Made by a program: the position numbers and the translations under genes. From contig OY782499.1 of assembly GCA_963677815.1 (NCBI GenBank), positions 536,147 to 600,146 of the forward strand: a stretch of 64,000 bases of DNA. Reading direction: 5' to 3'. Shown one piece after another: positions 45,437-55,109 of this stretch. Source of the DNA: Candidatus Cloacimonadales bacterium (lineage in GTDB: Bacteria; Cloacimonadota; Cloacimonadia; Cloacimonadales; JAFGVF01). The number at the start of each line of letters is the position of its first letter. Positions within the stretch are counted from its first letter, which is position 1. Below the pieces are notes generated by a model that saw nothing but the letters and a program-made list of their open reading frames with translations, made no database searches and had not been told where the DNA came from.

Positions 45437-48247
45437 TTATTTCATCAATACCATCTTCCCACTTATAGCCTTACTAGTAGTTTTTATTTTATATAGATAT
45501 ACTCCAGAAGCTACTTTATTACCCTGCTTGTCTCTTCCCGTCCATAGGACTTTTTGTTTACCTGCTAACTGTTCTTCATTAAGCAAAGTCTTTACTAATT
45601 GCCCTTTCAAGTTATAAATATCTACTTTCACTGGTCCAGTTTTTGGTAAATCATAAGAAATAGTAGTTTCAGGATTAAAAGGATTAGGATAATTATAAGT
45701 TGTAAAAGTAAGAGGAACTACTTCATCAGAATTATTTGGGACAAAGTAAGATAAGTCAATTAAATCACAAAAAACTCCTGGATTATTCGATAAATCATTT
45801 TCAATTCTACTAACATAAATACTATTATTATCAATCACACTTATTGCTGGTTTATATTGATATGTGAGATTTAAAGGTAAGGCAAATCCATCTTGAAATT
45901 GGTCTAATTGACCTTGAAAATTAATAGTCCTTAAATACACCCTCTGACTACCTGGAAGCTCTTGAGTATAAGCAAGCACAAATCTATCTTCCAAGGCTTT
46001 AAGAGAAAAGTCACTAACATACTCAGCTAATGTTTCTTGCCACACTTCCTCAAAATTATTATCTAAATTATAGCAGGATATTACTAATTCATCATTATTA
46101 TTATGGAACTTATAAAATCTATTATCAATTACATGGGATTCAATAATGTTATTATTAGTGCAAGGAAAAGTATAGTTAACTGTTTGTGACAAATCATCCA
46201 GATTAATATCAAAGACTTTGTATGTATCATTTGTGGAATATGAGAAGAGTAATCTATTTTGATAAGAAGAGATATTTCTATTTCTCGAAATATAATCATA
46301 ATCATCAGTAAAACTTTGACCTTCAGCAGTCCAACCATTAGCCAGTTCCCCTTCAGCGTCTATCTGAGTAATTTTGAAGTCTCCATTATATCTACTTATA
46401 AGATAATTGTCTTCAACTGCTAATAAGTCTAAATTCTCAATGGGTATATAAGAGATGGCAAGCATATTACCATCTTCAATTTTATTAAAAACATAATCTG
46501 CTCCTCCCCAATCAGAAGTCTTGTAAACAAACCAGCCATTACCCTCTTCAATGTCAGTCAAATAATCATAAGAATAATCTCCACCAAATCCACCGTGGAG
46601 TATCATTGTCTCTATGCTTCCATCTTCCTTGAATAATTTAGCTCTTTGACTTACACTAACTCCTGTACCATAATGATAAATATTATAATAAACTAGATAG
46701 CTATTTTCTGATATTCTATGCAAAGAACTATTTCCACAATCAGTAAGAATATTTTCTAATCCTATTGGCATACCACTTTCATCTACCCCACTCTCCAAAA
46801 AACAGTTCCATGAAAACATTACTGCATTATTATTATCATTCCAAATGAATGAATTGACCTTGTCTATCTCATAAGGAAATGACACAGCTATTTCCTGAGG
46901 ATTTGAAGTTGCATCAGATGCCGATTCATAAGCAATAAAATGTTGTTTATAAGCAGAATAATACCCAAGTCTATGATTAACAATAAAGGAAGCACTTGTA
47001 GCTCCTAGATTAACAAAAAGGGCAGAATCTTCACCACAGTCTCCCGATATATAATCCTCAGCAAAAATCAGAGAGTTATCATTGAGATTATAACTATAAA
47101 AACCTACCTTAACACCATAATTTGCTTGCAAATAGTCTGTTTTACTTACAAGTACAAGCCTATAGTTTTCACCTACTATCTCACTATCTACACTGGTAAT
47201 TTGATCAAAAATATAATTAAATCCATCAAAAATCGAGCCGAATATCTCATAGTGATTAGTTGAATTAATTAAACTTCCATCAATGTTATATTCTCTTAAA
47301 AGAAGAACATCACCTATCGATACAGCTAAAAATTCATTTTCTGAAATTTTTTGTACATCTAGCAAAGGATATTCTAAAGTAGTAGTAGTAAATTCACCAA
47401 GTAGTCGATCATAGATAAAGACGTCAGGATATTGCCCCATAGAACTAAATAAGTTTGCAGAAGCTTCTGTAATTAATCCAAAGAGTACTTTATCATTACT
47501 TAGCTCTAATATCTTGCATGTCTTATATAAATTTTCATCAAAGACACTCGAAACATAAGAGTTGTAATTATCAATCTCATGGTCTGTATTACCTATTCTT
47601 ATGAATAGCTTACTCTCGTCAGGTTGTAACCACATGTAGGTAAGTCCATCACTTGTTATTGCTCCAGTATAAGACACAAGATTTTCACCCTCGGCAATAA
47701 TATTCTGACTTATTATTTGTGGTATATTATTTACAAGATTAATCTTATAATTGGTCAGACAATCATCGTAATCTACCGAGCCATAGTTCACTAGTACATA
47801 GATATCATTTTCATCTTCCAATAACTGAACCTCTTTTAATATTCCATCTGCATACTCAAGTAAGTAAATTTCTAAAGGTAAGTCCCATAAATCTAAACCA
47901 GCACTTGAAATCTTCTTAACCAATAGCCTGTTTCCATCTTCCCAATATATAAAAAAGTTGCCATCTGCACTTCTTTTAATTTCGAATAACCATTCTTCAT
48001 CTATCTGAAAGTTTAAATCAATAGCCTGCTCTAATAATGGGTCTCCAGTTTGAGAATATTTTTCTAATAAGAGTTGATTATTTAAAGTATAAAATATTAT
48101 TGTTCCTTCTGGAATATTTTCTTTATAAACTATTGAACTTTTACTTCTTTGATACATACAAGCAGATTGGTCCCATATAACCTGAGATAATAGACAACTG
48201 ATAGCAGTCAAGAATAGTATAGCAAGTACAAGATTTTTCTTATTCAC
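45437..48247 (-). CDS. Large secreted protein of unknown function with T9SS C-terminal sorting domain
   Basis: Has a signal peptide and the C-terminus NYPNPFNPETTISYDLPKTGPVKVDIYNLKGQLV...GVYLYKI. AGGAGGA sits upstream of the ATG. Confidence 0.75.
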   Translation of the reverse strand: MNKKNLVLAILFLTAISCLLSQVIWDQSACMYQRSKSSIVYKENIPEGTIIFYTLNNQLLLEKYSQTGDPLLEQAIDLNFQIDEEWLFEIKRSADGNFFIYWEDGNRLLVKKISSAGLDLWDLPLEIYLLEYADGILKEVQLLEDENDIYVLVNYGSVDYDDCLTNYKINLVNNIPQIISQNIIAEGENLVSYTGAITSDGLTYMWLQPDESKLFIRIGNTDHEIDNYNSYVSSVFDENLYKTCKILELSNDKVLFGLITEASANLFSSMGQYPDVFIYDRLLGEFTTTTLEYPLLDVQKISENEFLAVSIGDVLLLREYNIDGSLINSTNHYEIFGSIFDGFNYIFDQITSVDSEIVGENYRLVLVSKTDYLQANYGVKVGFYSYNLNDNSLIFAEDYISGDCGEDSALFVNLGATSASFIVNHRLGYYSAYKQHFIAYESASDATSNPQEIAVSFPYEIDKVNSFIWNDNNNAVMFSWNCFLESGVDESGMPIGLENILTDCGNSSLHRISENSYLVYYNIYHYGTGVSVSQRAKLFKEDGSIETMILHGGFGGDYSYDYLTDIEEGNGWFVYKTSDWGGADYVFNKIEDGNMLAISYIPIENLDLLAVEDNYLISRYNGDFKITQIDAEGELANGWTAEGQSFTDDYDYISRNRNISSYQNRLLFSYSTNDTYKVFDINLDDLSQTVNYTFPCTNNNIIESHVIDNRFYKFHNNNDELVISCYNLDNNFEEVWQETLAEYVSDFSLKALEDRFVLAYTQELPGSQRVYLRTINFQGQLDQFQDGFALPLNLTYQYKPAISVIDNNSIYVSRIENDLSNNPGVFCDLIDLSYFVPNNSDEVVPLTFTTYNYPNPFNPETTISYDLPKTGPVKVDIYNLKGQLVKTLLNEEQLAGKQKVLWTGRDKQGNKVASGVYLYKIKTTSKAISGKMVLMK

Positions 48248-48264
48248 TTTATCCTCCTCTGTTT

Positions 48265-48459
48265 AACCCAGATTGTGCAATAGAGCTTTAGTAATACTTC
48301 GCTAAAGCTACGTATCACAGGCGAAGAGTGCATATTCTTTTAGCAAAATAGCTTACAGAATTCCGACGCATATAATATATATATTCGGAAGAATTATGTA
48401 AGTTACTTTTGCAAAAGAATATAGTGCTATTCTCAAAGATCTATTGCATTATTTGGGTT
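48265..48459 (+). repeat. R1 repeat, copy 3 (195 nt)
   Basis: The ends aacccagattgtgcaatagag ... atctattgcattatttgggtt pair. The left end is 18 nt from the start codon at 48247 and abuts its Shine-Dalgarno. Confidence 0.75.
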
Positions 48460-48544
48460 TAATTCATCACAACATATTTCATGCATTATTTATTCCAATT
48501 GTACATTAACTGGTTAAATTATTATCTCCAAAGATTCTTAATAT

Positions 48545-48574
48545 TTGACATTTGTATCAGTTTTTTACTATAAA
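48545..48574 (+). promoter_or_regulatory. Sigma70-type promoter candidate reading towards R4 copy 2 and the pirin gene
   Basis: TTGACA (48545-48550), an 18-nt spacer, then TATAAA (48569-48574). Confidence 0.5.
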
Positions 48575-48602
48575 GTTTCCTGAAAATTCATAAGCTTACG
48601 GT

Positions 48603-48666
48603 CTCTTGATTGTTACTCTCTCAATAAAAAGCCAATGATTTATAGAGTGATTAACAATCAAGGAAG
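48603..48666 (-). repeat. R4 hairpin repeat, copy 2 (inverted relative to copies 1 and 3)
   Basis: The reverse complement ccttgattgttaatcactctataaatcattggctttttattgagagagtaacaatcaagag aligns with 62114-62174. Confidence 0.7.
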
Positions 48667-48756
48667 TATATTTATCCTAATAATATTATTCACAAGGTCA
48701 AGCTTAATATTTGGAGAATCTGAGAAAATGATTATACATATTAAATGGAGATAACA

Positions 48757-49452
48757 ATGATTAAAATATATAGAAAAGATAAACTAGGAAAAGCAGACCA
48801 TGGTTGGCTAAAAAGTAGATTTCACTTCTCTTTTGCAGAATATTATGACCCAAAAAGGATTCATTTTGGTAATTTAAGAGTAGTTAATGATGATTTGATT
48901 GCCCCTAATACAGGTTTTGATATGCACCCTCATAATGATATGGAAATTATATCTTATGTTATAAAGGGTGAGCTTACTCACCAAGATTCAATGGGCAATA
49001 AAAGAGCAGTAAAACGTGGACAGGTCCAGTATATGAGTGCTGGAAAAGGCGTCATGCATAGTGAACATAATTTAGGAAATGAGACAACAAGACTACTTCA
49101 AATCTGGATTTTCCCTAGGCAACATGACCTTGATCCAAATTATGGAGATTTAAGGTATAAGTGGGAAGATAGAGTAAACAAATTACTTCACATCGTCTCC
49201 CCTTCCGATGGTCCATCTCAAGTTAAGATCCAACAAGATGCAAATATCTATGTATCATATTTAGAAGCTAAAGAAGAGATTAAATTTGATTTAGTAAAAA
49301 ACAGACAGCTCTACTTTATTCAAATTGAAGGTTCTTCTAGAATAAATTCTTCTCTAATCTATGAAGGTGATGGAGCTGAAATCTTTGATGAAGATATCAT
49401 AATTACTGCTAAGGGAAATAGTCATTTTATGATTATTGAATTACCTAAGTAA
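48757..49452 (+). CDS. Pirin-family (cupin) protein
   Basis: Contains DHGWLKSRFHFSFAEYYDP and the metal-binding HPHNDMEIISYV. I preferred the ATG at 48757, which has GGAG 6 nt upstream and the typical pirin N-terminus, over the track ATG at 48745. Confidence 0.88.
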   Translation: MIKIYRKDKLGKADHGWLKSRFHFSFAEYYDPKRIHFGNLRVVNDDLIAPNTGFDMHPHNDMEIISYVIKGELTHQDSMGNKRAVKRGQVQYMSAGKGVMHSEHNLGNETTRLLQIWIFPRQHDLDPNYGDLRYKWEDRVNKLLHIVSPSDGPSQVKIQQDANIYVSYLEAKEEIKFDLVKNRQLYFIQIEGSSRINSSLIYEGDGAEIFDEDIIITAKGNSHFMIIELPK

Positions 49453-49948
49453 TAAAAAGGGCTCTCTCCAAAGTAGAGAGGATTCCATGATAGATATTGT
49501 CGTAAAAAGTTAACATGGAGTCTATTTAAGAAAGTCAATACACCTATAATCCTGAAGGGATGTAGATATAATAGGCAGGGTTCGTTAGACCCTGTATATA
49601 TGAAACCTAAACTTATCTGAGCCCTGGAAGGGCACAGGCTGTAGACAAACCCCTTAAATATAAAATATGATAAAAAAACTGATTTTATATGCAAAAAAGA
49701 AGAAGTGTATAAAGTCGCTATATCTTTATCCAAACTCTTCACTGCAATGTATTTAAATACTATTTTGTTCGAGTTTGAATAAATCTATTAGCGATCTCTT
49801 TTTGAAAAAAGAGACCAAAAACTCAGAGAAGTTGACTTTGTCAACACTCTGAGCCCTGGAAGGGCGATAATATAATGAATATTTTGTTGATGTCAAATCC
49901 TCTCTACGTGAGAGCGAACCGAAAAAAGTGTTGATTTTTGTAGACAGT

Positions 49949-49972
49949 AAAAGGGAGTATTTACTCCCTTTT
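49949..49972. terminator. Terminator-like hairpin just downstream of the 49990-51300 gene
   Basis: The stem aagggagta/tactccctt has weak T tracts on both sides. Confidence 0.5.
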
Positions 49973-49989
49973 CTGCTATTTATATTGTC

Positions 49990-51300
49990 CTAATTACTTA
50001 TTGCTTTTAGTAGTTTCTCAGCTTCTTCGTGGTTAATTTTACCCTGTTCCAACAGGTCTAAAATTTTTAACCTACTTTTCTCATTGTCAGATAATCTCTC
50101 TTCTGTTCTAAAAGCAGGTTTTCTATCACCATAAACTCTATCATGTCTATTTCTCATGTTTTCACTCTTCATATCCTGCCTCTGCTTTTGCATATCAGCT
50201 TTCATATCTTTCATTGATTCTTTAATAGTAACATCAGCTTCTTTGAGAGCAGTTTGTACAGAATTCTTAATCACTTCTCCTAAGTTAGCAAAAGCTCCTC
50301 CAATAGACTTTCTTAGAGCTGGTGAAGCTAGAACTTTGGTAACCTTACTAACTTCATTCATAGCTCTATTAATCTCCTGATTAAGTTTGTTATTATTAAA
50401 TTTCTTGCTTTCTTCTTCAAGACTGGTATCATCATTTAGTAACTCAATTCCACCTATTTCGGTAGAGACTTCCACAGAAACTTTACCTAGTTCATCATTT
50501 ATCACTTCACTGGTAAACATTACTCCCTCATCTAGTTTTGAAGTAATTGTGTTCTTAAGAAAAGAAGAAACTGTTCCCATCTCAGACTGAGCTTTAATAT
50601 CTAGATTAATCTCATGAGGTAAAATAATTTTTACTTTACCAATTTCACTATCTATTTTACTTTGATTTTGCTTAATTGGAAGTAGCTGGTATTCGATGTT
50701 TCCTGTCTCACTACTGATGGTTACATTGGATACTTCTGCTTCTTTTATACTTATCTGGGCTACCTCTGATTCACATTTAAGCTCATCTGCTTTGATACCT
50801 TGGATGTCTATATTCCCAACCTCAGTTGAGCAAAAAAAGTTAGTATAATCACCTTTCTTCACTCTTATAGCACCAATTTCAGATTCTATAGTTACACTAC
50901 CTGAAGCTTGGTCAAGAGTGATTGACCCTATTTCACTTTCAATATTAAAATCTGCCTTGACATGTTCAAATCTAATCTTACCCATTTCAGATTCAACTCT
51001 AACTTTCATATTATCTGGTATTAAAACAATGATTCTTGAAGCATCTAAATCTACATTTCTAGTCTCAAGATCATCCTCTAAATCTCCAGTATCAACTGCT
51101 ATTCGCCCTTGATCAGAAAATACTTGAGTAAGCAAATCATCTGTCCAAGCATAGTTAACAGCTTCATTCATTTGAATTTCACCCTTAATTCTTACTTCAT
51201 CAGACTGACCCTTAGCCATGATAACAGTTAACTTTTCAGTTCTAACATCAATTTCTTTAAAATTTCCCTTGTAGTTAAATTCAAACTTCATAGTATTCAT
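49990..51300 (-). CDS. DUF4097-like (LiaG-like beta-helical putative adhesin) protein with C-terminal SHOCT-like helix
   Basis: Has repeated SE(I/M/V)G.I motifs typical of DUF4097, a K/E-rich linker, and a C-terminal RLKILDLLEQGKINHEEAEKLLKAI. Confidence 0.65.
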   Translation of the reverse strand: MNTMKFEFNYKGNFKEIDVRTEKLTVIMAKGQSDEVRIKGEIQMNEAVNYAWTDDLLTQVFSDQGRIAVDTGDLEDDLETRNVDLDASRIIVLIPDNMKVRVESEMGKIRFEHVKADFNIESEIGSITLDQASGSVTIESEIGAIRVKKGDYTNFFCSTEVGNIDIQGIKADELKCESEVAQISIKEAEVSNVTISSETGNIEYQLLPIKQNQSKIDSEIGKVKIILPHEINLDIKAQSEMGTVSSFLKNTITSKLDEGVMFTSEVINDELGKVSVEVSTEIGGIELLNDDTSLEEESKKFNNNKLNQEINRAMNEVSKVTKVLASPALRKSIGGAFANLGEVIKNSVQTALKEADVTIKESMKDMKADMQKQRQDMKSENMRNRHDRVYGDRKPAFRTEERLSDNEKSRLKILDLLEQGKINHEEAEKLLKAISN

Positions 51301-51301
51301 C

Positions 51302-51661
51302 TTATTTCTCCTTTTCTAACATTTTTAATGCATCTTCTACTGAAACATCTCCTTGGTCTATCATATCTAAAATATCTAAACCTTTAGGCTTGGGTAGCTC
51401 ACTTCCAGTTAAGACTTTTACAATATCTGACAGCCTATTCTTTACTGTTGGATAGGATATCCCTAACCGCTTCTCTACTTCTTTGATTGAACCATGGGAC
51501 ATCAAAAATACTTTGATAAATTCAATCTGTTCACTAGTTAGTTCTCCAAACCCGTTCTGTTGAAAGTGACCTTCTATCTTAGTAGAACAATTACTACACT
51601 CATAACGAGTAATTATAAGTTCCCCTTCACAAACAGGACATTTTGTTAAATTCTTTTTCAT
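51302..51661 (-). CDS. DUF2089-family zinc-ribbon plus HTH protein
   Basis: Contains CPVCEGEL...YECSNCST and then SIKEVEKRLGISYPTVKNRL. I moved the start to the ATG at 51661, which has GAGGTG upstream. The track start at 51772 adds an implausible AT-rich extension. Confidence 0.7.
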   Translation of the reverse strand: MKKNLTKCPVCEGELIITRYECSNCSTKIEGHFQQNGFGELTSEQIEFIKVFLMSHGSIKEVEKRLGISYPTVKNRLSDIVKVLTGSELPKPKGLDILDMIDQGDVSVEDALKMLEKEK

Positions 51662-51883
51662 ATTCACCTCATTTACAAAATTAATTACAAAATAAAATAT
51701 GTCAAGCATTATATTAACAATTTTAATATCTATATTAAATATATTAATTTTATATTGAGATTTAATACACATCTTTATACTTAATCCTTAGTATTTTACA
51801 TAAGAGAATAAATTTTACATCTGTATTTATTTAACTATATAAAAAAACACTTTACAGCTTTGTAATTAAATTGTATTTTTGCT

Positions 51884-53248
51884 ATGAGAGATTTAATCAA
51901 GAAAACTGAGGATATAATGCAAAAACTTTTGGTGTTGAACTTACTAAGTAATGAGGATTTTCAAGAAACTTTATTAAAAGAAAAAGAAATAATTGAAATC
52001 ATTAGCTTAGAAGACTATCTAGATATTGAAGATACCCATCTTGTTTTCTCAGATCTTGAAAACTTAGCTAAAATTGATTTCTTAAAATCAAGTAACATAG
52101 TGGGTGTTACTAATAACATAAATGAGATACCATCTTTTTATGACAAAGATATTTTCTCTACAGTTCCTGTTACTATCGATTCAACAGCGATCCATAAACT
52201 ACTTCTTAAGTATATTTCAATTAATAGTATAGAGTTACTTAAAGATACTTTCAAAGTCTATAAATATTATGCTTTTGATGATTTCATTTATTATGCAGAT
52301 AGTGTTTTTATGAAATCTCCTATGGGAGTTGCTTTTGTTAATGCAAACTTAGAAATAGTTCTCTTTAATCCTACCTTCGCTGATGTCTTTCATAACCTAT
52401 ATTATAATCGTCCTAAATTAGGAGAAATGTTAACCTTTAAGTTTTCTTTGAAAGATAAAGAGTTTTGGGATAATATAGTTAAAGAGGGCACGGATTTTAA
52501 AGGAATTAATCTAAAGCTTAAAGGTAAGTGGAAAGATGCTAGCAAGAATTATGAAATCAAAGTTAACCCAATTTATAAGCAGACTCAACTAATCGGATAT
52601 TCTGTCATAATTGAAGATATAAGTGAATTTACTACAGCTAACTCAGATTTAAAACGCTATTATAAATATCTTCTTGAGCAAAATAATCGTTTAGAAAAAG
52701 CTTATAAAGAAGTTGAAATTAGAAATGAAAAGTTGAAGGTTGCTTATGAAAAAGTTAATGCTCTTTCTAATCGTGATTACTTAACTCAAGCTCCTAATAG
52801 GAAATATTTCCTAGAAAAAATTGAATACGAACAACTCAGATTTAAACGGACTCAAAACACCTTTATTCTTGCCTATGGTGATATTGATGATTTTAAGAAG
52901 GTAAATGACACCTATGGTCATGAAACTGGAGACTATGTTTTAATAAGTCTAACTAACATTCTTAGACAAACAATTAGGAATATTGATTTCTTCTGTCGTT
53001 GGGGTGGTGAAGAGTTTCTAATATTCTTAGCAGAATCAGATATTGAGCTTGGTAAAATGGTTGTCGAAAGAATATTAAATGAAATCAGAAACTACAACTT
53101 TATCTATAACGGTAATAATATTAAAATTACTATGACTTTTGGACTAGCTGTCTATGATAAAGATCAACATATTAATCAAATCATAGACATAGCTGACCAA
53201 AAACTCTACTGGGGTAAAAAACATAACAAAAATCAAATAGTTACTTGA
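51884..53248 (+). CDS. Diguanylate cyclase (GGDEF) with N-terminal PAS-like sensory region
   Basis: Has the active site RWGGEEFLIF and an upstream DIDDFKKVNDTYGH motif. Confidence 0.85.
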   Translation: MRDLIKKTEDIMQKLLVLNLLSNEDFQETLLKEKEIIEIISLEDYLDIEDTHLVFSDLENLAKIDFLKSSNIVGVTNNINEIPSFYDKDIFSTVPVTIDSTAIHKLLLKYISINSIELLKDTFKVYKYYAFDDFIYYADSVFMKSPMGVAFVNANLEIVLFNPTFADVFHNLYYNRPKLGEMLTFKFSLKDKEFWDNIVKEGTDFKGINLKLKGKWKDASKNYEIKVNPIYKQTQLIGYSVIIEDISEFTTANSDLKRYYKYLLEQNNRLEKAYKEVEIRNEKLKVAYEKVNALSNRDYLTQAPNRKYFLEKIEYEQLRFKRTQNTFILAYGDIDDFKKVNDTYGHETGDYVLISLTNILRQTIRNIDFFCRWGGEEFLIFLAESDIELGKMVVERILNEIRNYNFIYNGNNIKITMTFGLAVYDKDQHINQIIDIADQKLYWGKKHNKNQIVT

Positions 53249-54038
53249 AATAATTAGTGTATTGTTCCATTAAGGACTTTAATCTTTTAATTGAAATTTT
53301 ATTCTCCCAGTAACCATCTTCTTTAAAATAGGATCCAACTATTAATCCATCTGCATACTCTAAGTAAGAATGCATATTCTTATCAGTAATTCCAGAACCT
53401 ATCAAAACAGGAATATTTACATTTTCCTTAACACTTTTTAACTCTTTTAAATCTGCTGATACTCCTGTTGAAGAACCAGTGATGATTAATCCATCACTAG
53501 CAAAAAATTGAGCAGCTTTAGCAGTTTCAACAATATCTACATCATTAGTAATTGCATGAGCAGAGTGCTTTTTCTTAATGTCTGTTATTACTTTAACATT
53601 TTCTGCACCAATGGCTTTTCGATATCTTAACAAATCACCTGCACAAGAGTTCATTAAACCTTCATCAGCAACATGAGAAAAAACAAAACCCTCTGCTCTA
53701 ATGAAATCAGCCCCAGAACAAAAAGCGGCAGCTAAAGCTTCCTGATTTGCTCCTGCAAGAACTTGGACACCAAGCTTTATATCAAATCTCTGCTTTAATT
53801 CATAGGCGATAATAGCCATAGAAGCTGTTATCTCTGGTCCAACCTTTCCATTAAGATATGGTATATCATGCATATTTTCTATAATCATATTTTCTATACC
53901 ATTATCATGATAGGTTTGAGCTTCTTTAAGAGTGAAGTCTATTATCTCTCTCATCTTGTATGAAGATTTAGGAGTACCTGGTAAAGCTTGAACATGAAGC
54001 ATTCCTATTATAGTTTTATTAAATAAATCAGACTTCAT
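53241..54038 (-). CDS. BtpA/SgcQ-family TIM-barrel protein
   Basis: The N-terminus IIGMLHVQALPGTP and overall sequence are BtpA-like. The 3' end overlaps the convergent GGDEF gene by 8 nt. Confidence 0.7.
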   Translation of the reverse strand: MKSDLFNKTIIGMLHVQALPGTPKSSYKMREIIDFTLKEAQTYHDNGIENMIIENMHDIPYLNGKVGPEITASMAIIAYELKQRFDIKLGVQVLAGANQEALAAAFCSGADFIRAEGFVFSHVADEGLMNSCAGDLLRYRKAIGAENVKVITDIKKKHSAHAITNDVDIVETAKAAQFFASDGLIITGSSTGVSADLKELKSVKENVNIPVLIGSGITDKNMHSYLEYADGLIVGSYFKEDGYWENKISIKRLKSLMEQYTNYFK

Positions 54039-55090
54039 TAGAGTAATTTCTCGTCATTTTCTTTTAAGTATTCTACAACCTTCTTTACTTCTTCTGCTCT
54101 CTCTTTTTTGGATAAAAGAATAGCATCATCTGTTTCTACCAAGACTAAATCTTCAACACCTATCAAGGAAACAAACTTATTTGATCTGATATAGTTGCCT
54201 TTTGAATCTATAACAAATGCTTTACCACTGATAGTATTATTATTGTTATCTGTTTCTGAAATATCAGCTAATGCTCTCCATGAACCAACATCACTCCAAC
54301 CTAAATCTACAGGAATAACTGCTCTTTTTTCAGCTTTTTCCATGATACCTATATCGACTGGTATTTTTGGCATTTGAGCATATAGTTCAGCAATATCGGA
54401 GCTTTCTCCATTCATATTCCATTCTTTTTCTATTAAATCTAAAACTTCAGTTACTTCAGGTAAGAACTTTCTATAAGTTTCTTCAATAGTTCCTATAGTC
54501 CATGAGAACATACCGCTATTCCAGAAGAAATTGCCAGCTTTAAGAAAATCTTGAGCAGTTTCATAGTTAGGCTTTTCCTTGAATTGAGCAACCTTATAAG
54601 ACCATTCATTCTCTTTATCACCTGCTTGAATATAGCCATAACCTGTAGCTGGATAAGTTGGAATAATTCCGAAAGTAACTAAATTACCAGACCTAGCTAA
54701 CTCTTGAGATTTATTCATATTCTCCCAGAATACATCAACTTTAGTGATCAAATGATCAGCAGGAAGAACTACCATTGTTTCAGTTAAGGCTGCAAATCTT
54801 TTGATATAGGCATAAGAAAGAGCTATGCAAGGAGCTGTATTCATACCAAATGGTTCAATAATTATGTTTTTCGAAGGTAAGTCTGGTAGATGTTTTTTCA
54901 CTAAAGAAACTTGAGATTCAGCTGTGACAACATATATTTTTTCTGCAGGTAACTCCTCTAAGAGTCTATCCATTGTTAGTCTTATCATGGATTTATCACC
55001 TACGACATCTAAAAACTGTTTAGGTTTAGCCATTCTACTTTGAGGCCAAAATCTTGTTCCTGAACCACCAGCCATAATAACAGCAATCAT
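54038..55090 (-). CDS. manC: Mannose-1-phosphate guanylyltransferase
   Basis: Has the MAGGSGTRFWPQSR nucleotidyltransferase motif. I moved the start to the ATG at 55090, which has AAGGAG upstream. It forms a TAATG junction with the downstream BtpA-like gene. Confidence 0.85.
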   Translation of the reverse strand: MIAVIMAGGSGTRFWPQSRMAKPKQFLDVVGDKSMIRLTMDRLLEELPAEKIYVVTAESQVSLVKKHLPDLPSKNIIIEPFGMNTAPCIALSYAYIKRFAALTETMVVLPADHLITKVDVFWENMNKSQELARSGNLVTFGIIPTYPATGYGYIQAGDKENEWSYKVAQFKEKPNYETAQDFLKAGNFFWNSGMFSWTIGTIEETYRKFLPEVTEVLDLIEKEWNMNGESSDIAELYAQMPKIPVDIGIMEKAEKRAVIPVDLGWSDVGSWRALADISETDNNNNTISGKAFVIDSKGNYIRSNKFVSLIGVEDLVLVETDDAILLSKKERAEEVKKVVEYLKENDEKLL

Positions 55091-55109
55091 TTTAACTCCT
55101 TTCTCGTTA

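Noticed and set aside
49574-49594. tRNA-like T-arm (cagggttcgttagaccctg)
   Set aside because: The loop is 9 nt rather than the canonical 7-nt TTCRANY. No acceptor, D or anticodon arms can be drawn around it. I found no tRNA anywhere in the window.
49422-49742. 106-aa minus-strand ORF in the pirin/DUF4097 spacer
   Set aside because: It overlaps the pirin 3' end and crosses several repeat modules and hairpins. It has no RBS or recognisable domain. The region is better explained as non-coding repeats.
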